NCBI GenBank assembly: GCA_050259635.1
Contig: JBLNBA010000002.1
Coordinates: forward strand, 26,681 to 90,680
Source of the DNA: Bacillota bacterium
GTDB taxonomy: Bacteria > Patescibacteriota > Patescibacteriia > Patescibacteriales > UBA12465
Reading direction: 5' to 3'
Length of the DNA: 64,000 bases
Part shown: positions 1 to 8,153 of the stretch, piece after piece
Layout: each line of letters opens with the position of its first letter
Position numbering within the stretch: position 1 is the first letter of the stretch
Notes under the pieces: model-generated
What the model was told of the DNA's origin: nothing
Database searches by the model: none
Seen by the model: only the letters and a program-made list of their open reading frames with translations
Translations under genes and position numbers: made by a program

Positions 1-375
1 AAAAAATCGCTGGCTAACCCCCGCGATGCCAAGATGCGCCTCGCTTTGGAAATCACCAAGATTAATCACGGAGAGAATGAGGCAATGGCAGCACAGGATT
101 ATTTCGTCCGTACGGTCCAGAATAAGGAAATGCCGGATGAGATCGAAAGCATGGATATTCCGGAGGGGAAGTATAAGGTGGTAGAGCTATTAGCGAATAT
201 CGGCATGAGTTCAAGCAAAGGCGAGGCCAAGAGATTGATTGAGCAAGGTGGAATAAAGCTTGGGTTCGAAGGCGGATTGGAACCGGTCACAGATGCCCAA
301 GCGGAAATCGAAGTAAAAGACGGTCTTATTATCCAGCGCGGTAAACGCCAGTTTATACGCCTCAGTTCCAAATGA
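1..375 (+). CDS. tyrS: tyrosyl-tRNA synthetase, C-terminal fragment (5' end outside window)
   Basis: The frame is open from base 1. The tail carries an S4-like RNA-binding segment (VVELLANIGMSSSKGEAKRLIEQGGIKL...IIQRGKRQF), typical of the bacterial TyrRS C-terminus. Confidence 0.8.
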   Translation, partial: KKSLANPRDAKMRLALEITKINHGENEAMAAQDYFVRTVQNKEMPDEIESMDIPEGKYKVVELLANIGMSSSKGEAKRLIEQGGIKLGFEGGLEPVTDAQAEIEVKDGLIIQRGKRQFIRLSSK

Positions 376-385
376 ACCTAAAGCT

Positions 386-2068
386 ATGTATCTTTACGAA
401 ACCAAAGAAAAATTAGCATCACTTATAGAGGCCTCGCCCCTGGATTTCGTGTATCCTCCGCAGGTAGATATGGGAGATCTTTCTCTTCCGCTTTTCCGTT
501 TGGCGAAGGAAAAAGGGGTTAACCCTGCAAACCTAGCCGTCACTCTTGCCGGCTCTATCAAAGACTCGCCCATGCTGACTGGCTTGGTCAAAAAAGTAGA
601 GGCGGTCGGGCCGTATCTTAATTTTTATTTGGAATCAGCATCCCTAGCCGCCGCAGCCGTGAGTAATATCGAAAAAGGAGGTGTTCGTTATGGCAGTAAT
701 TCCCAGGGCCAAGATGAATTAGTAATGATTGAATTTTCCAACGCCAATACCCATAAAGAATACCATATCGGCCATCTGCGGAACTTATTTTATGGTGACG
801 CGGTGTCCAGGGTATTACAGCTAAACGGCTATCGCTCGGTCCCGGTCTCATATATAAACGATTTTGGCATTCATGCCGCAAAAACAATCTGGAACTGGCG
901 TCGCAATCCGTCCTTCGCTCTGATGAGCGGCCCTAAAGGGCGCATTTTAGGGGAATGCTATAGCGATGCGGCCAAAGCAATGGAGAAGGACGAAGCGGCA
1001 AAAGAAGAAATATCTGCCATCATGAAAGCGATCGAAAGTCGCGAAGGTGAGATATATGAACTTTGGAAAGAGACCAGATTGTGGAGCATCCAATACCTGG
1101 ATGATGTTTATCAGCAATTGGGCATCAAGTTCGAAAATATCTTCTATGAAAGCGAAGAGATCGATACCGGCTTGAAGATGGTGGAAGAATTCTTGGAAAA
1201 AGGGATCTTTATCCGCAGCCAGGGAGCGGTAATCGCTGATTTGGAACAATATGATTTGGGAGTCCTGCCTATCATCCGCTCGGATGGCACGGCTTTATAT
1301 CCCGTAGCTGATCTCGCCCTTGCCCGCCGCAAGTTCCAGGCCTATCCTTTGAAAGAGTCGATAGTCGTCGTCGATATCAGGCAGGGCTTATATTTCAAGC
1401 AGCTTGCCAAGATTTTCAGCTTGGCCGGAGAGAATCTGAACATTACCCATTTGGGATATGATTTTGTTACTCTCAAAGACGGCATGATGTCGTCTCGAAG
1501 CGGGAATGTGATAACCTATGGCCAGATCTTTGATGAGGCGCTCGCTCGTAGCCGGCAAGAAATAGATACTCGCCATCCCGATTGGATGGAAGAAAAAAAA
1601 GAGAAGACAGCGGAGGCCTTGGCCGTATCCGCCTTGAAGTTCGAAATGTTAAAGGTGAGTTCTGATAAGGTGATCACTTTCGACATGGAAGAGGCTTTGC
1701 GTTTCGATGGCTATACCGCGGCCTATCTTCAGTATACCGGTGCCAGGCTATCCAGTATCTTGCGCAAGTCAGAGGGCGGAGAAGCTGAATTACGCCTGCT
1801 GGTGCATCCTAAAGAACATGCGCTCGTTTTGCGTTTGGCGCGGTACGGGGAAGCGGTCAGGAAAGCCGGGGATGATCGGGACCCATCGGTGATCGCCCGA
1901 TATCTTTTTGAGCTGGCTCAGGAGTTTAACGACTATTATCATGAAGTCAATGTCCTTAAGGCTGAGCGTCCGGAGGCAGAGGCCCGACTGGCCCTGCTCA
2001 AGGCGATCAGACAGGTATTCCAGAACGGATTCCGAGCGCTAGGTATAAACTATTTAGAAGAGATGTGA
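386..2068 (+). CDS. argS: arginyl-tRNA synthetase
   Basis: 560 aa. Class I HIGH motif (HIGHLRN), MSSRSGN in the KMSKS position, and an ArgRS-type C-terminal anticodon-binding region ending ...YLEEM. Confidence 0.95.
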   Translation: MYLYETKEKLASLIEASPLDFVYPPQVDMGDLSLPLFRLAKEKGVNPANLAVTLAGSIKDSPMLTGLVKKVEAVGPYLNFYLESASLAAAAVSNIEKGGVRYGSNSQGQDELVMIEFSNANTHKEYHIGHLRNLFYGDAVSRVLQLNGYRSVPVSYINDFGIHAAKTIWNWRRNPSFALMSGPKGRILGECYSDAAKAMEKDEAAKEEISAIMKAIESREGEIYELWKETRLWSIQYLDDVYQQLGIKFENIFYESEEIDTGLKMVEEFLEKGIFIRSQGAVIADLEQYDLGVLPIIRSDGTALYPVADLALARRKFQAYPLKESIVVVDIRQGLYFKQLAKIFSLAGENLNITHLGYDFVTLKDGMMSSRSGNVITYGQIFDEALARSRQEIDTRHPDWMEEKKEKTAEALAVSALKFEMLKVSSDKVITFDMEEALRFDGYTAAYLQYTGARLSSILRKSEGGEAELRLLVHPKEHALVLRLARYGEAVRKAGDDRDPSVIARYLFELAQEFNDYYHEVNVLKAERPEAEARLALLKAIRQVFQNGFRALGINYLEEM

Positions 2069-3468
2069 GCATAAATCCTATGACTATGAAAAAGAACGAA
2101 GATGAACAAAATATGGAAAAGCTCGTATCGCTTGCAAAGAGGCGTGGGTTCATTTTCCCTGCTTGCGAGATCTATGGCGGTTTTGGCAGTAGCTTCAGTT
2201 ATGGTCCTTATGGCGTAGCGTTGAAAGAGAATATCAAATCCATCTGGCTCAAACGTTTTGTTGGCAGCCGGGATGATATGTACCGCATAGACGGTCCGAT
2301 CATCCTCCATCCGAAAGTCTGGCAAGCCAGCGGGCATACTGAGGGATTTAATGATGCCATGGTGGATTGCAAGAAGTGCAAGAAGCGTTATCGCGCGGAT
2401 CATCTCGTAGAAGAAGCGACCGGAGAAGATCTCGAAGGAGACTTGATGAAGCTGAACGAAGCTTTGGTTACGATCGCTTGCCCGGCTTGCGGAGCCAAGC
2501 AGTGGACGGAGGCCAGGCAGCTCTCTTTGATGTTTGCCACCGAAGTCAACGGTATTTCTGAGCCGGTCTATCTGCGTCCGGAAACTGCGGGTGCGATATT
2601 CATAGAATTTGCTAACGTGCTCGATACGATGCGGCCGAAACTTCCTTTTGGTATCGCCCAAATCGGGAAGGCGTTCCGCAATGAAATCGTGACCGGCAAT
2701 TTCATCTTTCGCGTCCGAGAGTTCGAGCAGATGGAGATAGAATACTTCATTGATCCGGAAATGGAATGGGAGGGAACTTTCGAAGGACTACTCCAAGAGC
2801 AAGAAGCTTTTTGCCGCGACCTCGGCCTCCCGCAGGAATCATATGTGCGACGTGAACATCCGAAGGAGAAGCTATCCCATTATTCTCGTAAGACCGTCGA
2901 CATCGAATACGAGTTCCCATTCGGGCGCAAGGAGCTGTTCGGCTTGGCCCATCGCGGCGACTTTGACCTTAAGCGGCATTCGGAATTCTCAGGCAACAAG
3001 TTAGAATATTTCGACCAAGCAAGCGGCCGTCGCTTTACCCCTCATGTCATTGAGCCGAGTTTCGGAGTGGAGCGCGCGATGCTAGCCGCTCTCCATTCCG
3101 CTTATAAGGAGGAAGCGCTCGACGGTGGAGAAGAACGTTCTGTCCTTAAGTTTCCCGCTTCGATCGCGCCGGTTAAAGTAGCGATCTTCCCTTTGCTTAA
3201 GAATAAGGAACAGCTGGTGGCCAAAGCTAAGGAGATTTACGCTTCGCTTAAGGAAAGCTTCGCCTGTGAGTTTGACGATAATGGCAATATCGGAAAGCGT
3301 TATCGCCGGCAGGATGAAATCGGCACTCCTTTCTGCGTCACTGTGGATTTTGAAACACTTGATGGAAATACCGTTACCGTCCGCGATCGTGATAGCATGC
3401 AACAAGAACGTATCGCTGTTCCAGAACTGGCCGAACGCTTGAGCGTTATGCTCAAAGCAAAGGGTTGA
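2065..3468 (+). CDS. glyQS: glycyl-tRNA synthetase (alpha2 type)
   Basis: 467 aa with RRGFIFPACEIYGG, FRNEI and the CKKCKKRYRADH...CPACG insertion. GTG 2065 overlaps the argS stop (ATGTGA). In-frame ATG alternatives lie at 2080, 2086 and 2113, so the start is uncertain. Confidence 0.9.
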   Translation: MSINPMTMKKNEDEQNMEKLVSLAKRRGFIFPACEIYGGFGSSFSYGPYGVALKENIKSIWLKRFVGSRDDMYRIDGPIILHPKVWQASGHTEGFNDAMVDCKKCKKRYRADHLVEEATGEDLEGDLMKLNEALVTIACPACGAKQWTEARQLSLMFATEVNGISEPVYLRPETAGAIFIEFANVLDTMRPKLPFGIAQIGKAFRNEIVTGNFIFRVREFEQMEIEYFIDPEMEWEGTFEGLLQEQEAFCRDLGLPQESYVRREHPKEKLSHYSRKTVDIEYEFPFGRKELFGLAHRGDFDLKRHSEFSGNKLEYFDQASGRRFTPHVIEPSFGVERAMLAALHSAYKEEALDGGEERSVLKFPASIAPVKVAIFPLLKNKEQLVAKAKEIYASLKESFACEFDDNGNIGKRYRRQDEIGTPFCVTVDFETLDGNTVTVRDRDSMQQERIAVPELAERLSVMLKAKG

Positions 3469-3503
3469 TGGGAAAAAAATATATCAGTAAAAAATATTTT
3501 TAG

Positions 3504-3535
3504 AAAAACAGAGGAGCGAAAGCTTCTCTTTTTTT
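3504..3535 (+). terminator. intrinsic terminator after glyQS
   Basis: 8-bp stem 3510-3517/3522-3529 with a GAAA loop, followed by a T-run at 3529-3535. Confidence 0.7.
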
Positions 3536-3685
3536 CACGGAGGAAAAAAATTGAAAAAACTATTGTGTATTTTTTCTTCTGAGTGTATAATATAAGCAGT
3601 TAGATAAAAATTTTTTTTAAAAAAATTTTACAAAGAATTTTTTTAAAAGATAAATGGGATATTTCCCAGAAAGGAGGTGAGCAAT

Positions 3686-3859
3686 ATGGCTACCAAAAAG
3701 AAACCTGCGGCTAAGAAGGCCGTCAAGAAGCCGGTAAAAAAGGCTGTTAAGACTATTAAGAAGGTTGCGAAGAAAGTGGTTAAAAAAGCTGCTCCTAAGA
3801 AGGCTGCTAAGAAGACCGCTAAGAAACCGGCTGCTAAGAAGACCGCAAAGAAGAAATAA
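3686..3859 (+). CDS. histone H1-like Lys/Ala-rich basic protein
   Basis: 57 aa of KKPAAKKAVKKPVKK-type low complexity. SD AAGGAGG (3671-3677) sits 8 nt before ATG 3686. The track start (GTG 3677) overlaps the SD and is rejected. The gene has its own terminator. Confidence 0.75.
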   Translation: MATKKKPAAKKAVKKPVKKAVKTIKKVAKKVVKKAAPKKAAKKTAKKPAAKKTAKKK

Positions 3860-3888
3860 TTCTGGTCTTTGTGATTTGAAAATTATAC

Positions 3889-3918
3889 AAAAGCCGCGCG
3901 TAAGCGCGGTTTTTGTTT
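3889..3918 (+). terminator. intrinsic terminator
   Basis: GC stem CCGCGC / GCGCGG with a GTAA loop, followed by TTTTTGTTT. Confidence 0.75.
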
Positions 3919-3964
3919 AATCCGATTTATCATATCTTCATCGTCTTCCTGATAAGATGGAGCA

Positions 3965-4798
3965 ATGAAGATATTACGGATTGTTTTATATGTTGCGGCC
4001 TTATTGGCCGCATATGCTTGGCTGGCGTCGCCTGATAATGTTGGCGTGGAAGCGATCTTTTTTGACGTTGGCCAGGGAGATGCCTGGCTGATGAAGACAA
4101 AGGCGGGAAAAATCATATTGGTGGACGGTGGTCCGGACTGGAAACTCATTCCTCTCATAGATTCATATCTCGGCCCGGAGAGACGGACGATCGATATTCT
4201 GGTTGCTACCCATGCCCATAGCGACCACCTATCATCTCTTCCCGAGATAACACAGAGATATGAAGTCAGGACGGCGATACTGCCGGTTAGCTTTTCAGGC
4301 GGCGAAGCAGAGTCGTTGGTATCCGCTCTAAAGATGGAAGGTGCAGATATCGTTCATTTGGAAGGGTATCGTTGTCTGGAATTGGAGGAAGATTGTAGCT
4401 TGTGCCTTGATGCGGGAGAGCAGAAGGACACTGAGGATGAAAACGATAATTCATTAATTAGCCGTTGGGACTGCGGCGGAATATCTATCGTGGGAACCGG
4501 CGATGCCGGAATAGGAAGGGAGACTAATTATCTCAAGCAGGCGGGCGGTGAAAGGGCAGACGTCTTGAAAGTTGGGCACCACGGTTCAGATACTTCATCC
4601 TCCAAAGAATTTCTAGCGGCGGTACAACCAAAAATCGCTTATATTTCTGTGGGAAAAGATAATAGCTACGGACATCCCTCTCTTGAAACTTTAGCTAAGC
4701 TTGGGGATATCTTTATAGAAATATGGAGGAGCGATGAGATGGGTTCATTAAGAATTTATGCTAATAATAATAAAATTATTGCGGAAAAATGGCCATAA
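3965..4798 (+). CDS. ComEC/Rec2-type metallo-beta-lactamase-fold protein, stand-alone domain with N-terminal membrane anchor
   Basis: 277 aa. N-terminal hydrophobic helix, FFDVGQGDAWL, the MBL motif ATHAHSDHLSSL, and KVGHHGSDTSS, as in the C-terminal domain of ComEC. Confidence 0.8.
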   Translation: MKILRIVLYVAALLAAYAWLASPDNVGVEAIFFDVGQGDAWLMKTKAGKIILVDGGPDWKLIPLIDSYLGPERRTIDILVATHAHSDHLSSLPEITQRYEVRTAILPVSFSGGEAESLVSALKMEGADIVHLEGYRCLELEEDCSLCLDAGEQKDTEDENDNSLISRWDCGGISIVGTGDAGIGRETNYLKQAGGERADVLKVGHHGSDTSSSKEFLAAVQPKIAYISVGKDNSYGHPSLETLAKLGDIFIEIWRSDEMGSLRIYANNNKIIAEKWP

Positions 4799-4831
4799 GA
4801 ACTCACGACCGGCAGCCTGTGGATAACAGTA

Positions 4832-4860
4832 TTGACAAGCACGGTTTATAATGATATAGT
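4832..4860 (+). promoter_or_regulatory. sigma70-type promoter of the candidate small RNA
   Basis: TTGACA (4832-4837), 17-nt spacer, TATAGT (4855-4860) preceded by TGA (extended -10 TGATATAGT). Confidence 0.6.
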
Positions 4861-4864
4861 TAGG

Positions 4865-5040
4865 GGTTGCTTAAAAACAGAAAAGGCCGTTTGAAACGGG
4901 TCAGGCACGACAAGCATGGGGACTTTCTTGCTAGGGTTTTTTGGGCCTGCCATTGGTACATATAAATATGTATCAGCGGCGGGCTCGGTAATTCCTAGGA
5001 GAAATTTTCTTGCCTACCCGTTTTAGACGGTCTTTTTTTT
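4865..5040 (+). ncRNA. candidate ~175-nt rod-shaped structured RNA (identity unknown; 6S-like size and shape)
   Basis: Lies between its own promoter and a T8 run. 4881-4901 pairs with 5016-5036 over 21 consecutive bp. An apical hairpin spans 4943-4986. No recognisable protein gene. Confidence 0.5.
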
Positions 5041-5041
5041 A

Positions 5042-5070
5042 TTGACAATTTCTATATTTGGGCTGATAAT
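5042..5070 (+). promoter_or_regulatory. sigma70-type promoter, cassette 1
   Basis: TTGACA-N17-GATAAT. The block 5060-5087 (GGGCTGATAATAGTCTGAATCGTTATTT) is identical to 5790-5817. Confidence 0.65.
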
Positions 5071-5149
5071 AGTCTGAATCGTTATTTAATAAATTACTAA
5101 CCAGCCAAAGTCTGATATAGACAAGGCATAAACAAAGGAGGATCAAGTC

Positions 5150-5737
5150 ATGAAAAACAATGACAAGTCTGGATTATTGAATGAAAGTATCGGTGCTATT
5201 ATTGCAACGATGAAAGCTCTCGAGGATTGTGGGATGACAGCCAGCGGATTAGCAAGGTTGCGCTCTGATAAGGGGCTAGCAAAGATGGTGGCAGAAATGG
5301 TAGAGCGTGAAGTGGGCGTTAATCAAGGTATGTCGCAGGCTATCACGGTCGATTATACCAAGACTATTGAGGAGTTCTTATCGGAAATGGATTGCGTTTG
5401 GAAACATAAATATGTTTGTGACAAGCAATTTCCGATTCTCGAAATATTGAAAGGTGAAAAAATTAGAAAAAAGGCCCGCTTGTTCAGGTTTGATGATGAA
5501 AGCTTTGATATTGGAAGCGATTACCGATTTGCGACAATCTTTGAGTTGATTGCGTATTATCGGCAAGTGGAGTACTCTCATGTGTTCCACATCGTTGGTG
5601 CTGGCAGTAAAACGAGCGAATGGGTTGGAGGTCTTATCCCCGTCATAGACACCATTGAGGGTAAAATCAGCCTTGATCTTCGTCATGAAGCGGATGTCCA
5701 TGTAGTCGGTAATTATTTCCTGGCAATTCAGGTTTAA
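5150..5737 (+). CDS. hypothetical protein, paralog A of twin cassette
   Basis: 195 aa. Strong SD (AAAGGAGG) before the ATG, plus its own promoter and terminator. Shares ordered motifs with the ORF at 5841-6278. Confidence 0.75.
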   Translation: MKNNDKSGLLNESIGAIIATMKALEDCGMTASGLARLRSDKGLAKMVAEMVEREVGVNQGMSQAITVDYTKTIEEFLSEMDCVWKHKYVCDKQFPILEILKGEKIRKKARLFRFDDESFDIGSDYRFATIFELIAYYRQVEYSHVFHIVGAGSKTSEWVGGLIPVIDTIEGKISLDLRHEADVHVVGNYFLAIQV

Positions 5738-5740
5738 AGC

Positions 5741-5768
5741 AAAACCCTTCGGTAACGAAGGGTTTTTT
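5741..5768 (+). terminator. intrinsic terminator, cassette 1
   Basis: AACCCTTCG GTAA CGAAGGGTT hairpin followed by a T-run. Confidence 0.8.
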
Positions 5769-5771
5769 ATA

Positions 5772-5800
5772 TTGACTTTTTTCTTATCCGGGCTGATAAT
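5772..5800 (+). promoter_or_regulatory. sigma70-type promoter, cassette 2
   Basis: TTGACT-N17-GATAAT, a duplicate of the promoter at 5042-5070. Confidence 0.65.
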
Positions 5801-5840
5801 AGTCTGAATCGTTATTTTACAAAAAGAGAAAGGAAAAAAA

Positions 5841-6278
5841 ATGAAAGATTCAAAATTTAGAAATAAGGTGTATCTTATTTCCGTAGATTATTCGCAAAGC
5901 CTGGACCAGATGGCGGTGGCATGCAATCTATATTGTAAGGACGGAGAATTTTCTGAGGAGATATATAAGAAAGATCCGAAGTACAAGAACAGGAAAGTTC
6001 TGAGACAAGCAAAGCTGTTTAATTCCAAGGAAGAGCTGGAATTATCTGTAAGAAGTGAAAAATACTTACCAGCGGCTATGAATGACCTGCTTTCATTCTG
6101 CCTGCAATGGTACGAGCTTTGCCGGGATAGCATTATTGTCGCTTCTTGTATTATGCCCGGCAAACCGTCTAAATCAAGTTCGATATATCTGGTCAGCGGT
6201 AAGTATCTTCGGTTTGATTCTTCTTTTGAAAGAGTACCACGAAAATTTTATCTCGCAGTCAGAGACTTGGCAAGATAA
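5841..6278 (+). CDS. hypothetical protein, paralog B of twin cassette
   Basis: 145 aa. A purine-rich stretch (GAGAAAGGAAAAAAAA) precedes the ATG. Shares motifs with 5150-5737 (ISVDYSQSLDQ, RQAKLF, FYLAVR). Confidence 0.7.
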   Translation: MKDSKFRNKVYLISVDYSQSLDQMAVACNLYCKDGEFSEEIYKKDPKYKNRKVLRQAKLFNSKEELELSVRSEKYLPAAMNDLLSFCLQWYELCRDSIIVASCIMPGKPSKSSSIYLVSGKYLRFDSSFERVPRKFYLAVRDLAR

Positions 6279-6292
6279 AAACTGAAACTATT

Positions 6293-6320
6293 AAAAAAGC
6301 CCTCGGATCAGAGGGCTTTT
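6293..6320. terminator. bidirectional intrinsic terminator between convergent genes
   Basis: A-run, GCCCTC / GAGGGC stem with a 6-nt loop, then a T-run. Confidence 0.7.
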
Positions 6321-6325
6321 GTATT

Positions 6326-8149
6326 TCATCTCGTGCTGGTAGCGATAGGTGGAGTTCCGGTAGCGATGGGGGTGCTAGTAGAAGTAACGGGAGTGGAGGT
6401 GGCTTTTCCTACCAAACAAACTTCCTGCCAAGGAACGTAGTGGGATTGGAAGCGTCGCTTCACTTCCGGTGTCGTAGTGGAGCCCTCAGGATATACCACG
6501 GTGTAATCAAACCAGGCGTCAGCGCCGTTATGGGCTTTTTCGGTGCACTTTCTTTCTCCGGGCTTGAGTTCTTCCGTCTCGACGATCTTGGTGGGGGCTG
6601 GTTTTACAATGTTATATATGACGGGATAGGTAGTCGTGGCTGTCCGCCCATCTTTTGTGCCCCAGAAGTCGAAATAGAGATCGTTTCCTTCGATCCTTGA
6701 TTGGATTAGGATATTACTGCCGGTATCGTTGATAAAACGGAAATCTGGCCAGGGGTCGTAAATAGTGGCATCCGTTCCGGCCGGTTCATAATAAGAAACC
6801 CGGTAGGAATGGTTTTGCCTGGCCGTAATAGGGAGTCCGGATCCGAGGGCAGTGCGGAACATCGTGGTACCGACTTGGCAGAGACCGCCGCCGTATTCGG
6901 GTATCGTGCGGTTGTTCTTGATTACGAGTTCGGGGACATAGCCTCCTGAGGCATCGATGTTACCTAAAGCCTTGATCAAGGAGAACTCGTCTCCGGGCTT
7001 GATTATCAGGCCATGGAGAGCGTTTGCTCCGTTACTGATATTATGGCGTCGATTAGAGGAGGACCCGGAGAAGTTTGAATGGCCAGTTCCGATAATCTCT
7101 TTTATATCCATAGCCGCTGCCTCATCCGGAGGGGTGGCGACGATTTTTAGTTCGATCTTCTGCGGTCCCTGGGCGGAAGAATAGGCGGCTGCTATTTCAC
7201 GGGAACTAGTAGCAGTTTCCAACTTGTATCCGTCTTTACCGACTTGCCAGCTGGTAACTTTTTCATCCTTGATTTCAAAGCGGGGGGATTGGGGCTCGAT
7301 ATCGATCTCGGGAGCAATCTTTTCGGCAAGGTAGCTTTCTATTCGGGATTCATCATAATCAAGTTCGTAGCCACCGGATTGCTTCTTGGCGGTCAGCCAA
7401 GAGGCAATTTCTTCGCGTCCCACTTTCCACTCCTTATCCTTAAAGGTTAAAGAGAGGAGAACGTCGCTCATGTCGGCGGCTTTCTTTTCCAGCCCTTGCA
7501 GGTCGCGAGCGTAAACCTGCGGATAGGCGGTTTTAGTTTTGAGGACGATAGTGGAATTATCAAAGGAGCGAAGCCTGGAATCGATTTCAGAAAAAAGATT
7601 GTCCCAATCGGCTTCTTTTCCTGTCATGTCCTCGGAGACAGAAAATTTTCCATCTTTAAAGGTAAAGGAGGCATCCACCGCCGGTTTCTTACTTCCAGGC
7701 AAGGCTTCCGAGATGGCTTGTTCTACTTTGTCGCGGTTAATGAAAAACTCGGGCCTTATCTCCGTCGCTTTGTTGCGAACCGCACCCAGCCAGCGGCTTA
7801 GCAAGGAGATATGGGAATAGGAAAACAGTTTTTCTTCCAGCGCTTCGGTTTGATAATTATAATTATTATAAGATACCCCGGAATCAAAAGAAGCGGCGAT
7901 AGCTGGCAAGTCAAATTCTTCGTTATTATAGGTAATCTTTATCCCCTTTTCTTCGAAAGTGGCCGTGGCTACTTTAATCTTATCGGCTGCAGTCTGGAGA
8001 CTTAGGCCGCCGATCGCTATGTTGCCATAGAAGGTGTTTTCCGGCAGGAGCCCGTCACTGTCCTTCCTGGTTAAAAGATATACGGCTGATATTAAAAAGA
8101 CCACCAGAATGGCGATCGCCGTGATTGCTGCAGGGGTCGGTTTTTTCAT
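6326..8149 (-). CDS. VanW-domain envelope protein with N-terminal membrane anchor
   Basis: 607 aa. TM helix AAITAIAILVVFLISAVYLL, VanW core GGGLCQVGTTMFRTALGSGLPITARQNHSYRVSYY, and a Thr/Pro-rich C-terminus. Confidence 0.85.
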   Translation of the reverse strand: MKKPTPAAITAIAILVVFLISAVYLLTRKDSDGLLPENTFYGNIAIGGLSLQTAADKIKVATATFEEKGIKITYNNEEFDLPAIAASFDSGVSYNNYNYQTEALEEKLFSYSHISLLSRWLGAVRNKATEIRPEFFINRDKVEQAISEALPGSKKPAVDASFTFKDGKFSVSEDMTGKEADWDNLFSEIDSRLRSFDNSTIVLKTKTAYPQVYARDLQGLEKKAADMSDVLLSLTFKDKEWKVGREEIASWLTAKKQSGGYELDYDESRIESYLAEKIAPEIDIEPQSPRFEIKDEKVTSWQVGKDGYKLETATSSREIAAAYSSAQGPQKIELKIVATPPDEAAAMDIKEIIGTGHSNFSGSSSNRRHNISNGANALHGLIIKPGDEFSLIKALGNIDASGGYVPELVIKNNRTIPEYGGGLCQVGTTMFRTALGSGLPITARQNHSYRVSYYEPAGTDATIYDPWPDFRFINDTGSNILIQSRIEGNDLYFDFWGTKDGRTATTTYPVIYNIVKPAPTKIVETEELKPGERKCTEKAHNGADAWFDYTVVYPEGSTTTPEVKRRFQSHYVPWQEVCLVGKATSTPVTSTSTPIATGTPPIATSTR

Positions 8150-8153
8150 ATTT

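Noticed and set aside
2066-2068. An alternative genetic code (UGA recoded), as found in some candidate phyla.
   Set aside because: Conserved genes end at TGA, TAA and TAG at the expected lengths; argS, for example, stops at TGA 2066-2068. None of the conserved proteins needs read-through of an in-frame stop. The standard code fits.
4818-4826. A perfect DnaA box (TGTGGATAA, the reverse complement of TTATCCACA), which could hint at a replication origin.
   Set aside because: It is a single copy. A given 9-mer is expected about 0.5 times by chance in 64 kb on two strands. There is no cluster, no AT-rich unwinding element and no dnaA or dnaN nearby.
4865-5040. SRP (4.5S) RNA identity for this RNA (it contains GGUCAGG and AAGCA), and also for the 19851-19956 hairpin (which contains AAGCAGCC).
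   Set aside because: The conserved domain IV arrangement is absent in both. That arrangement is GGUCAGGUCC-GGAA-GGAAGCAGCC, with the motifs flanking an apical tetraloop. Here the matching short strings sit at the wrong positions in the fold. The identity is left open.
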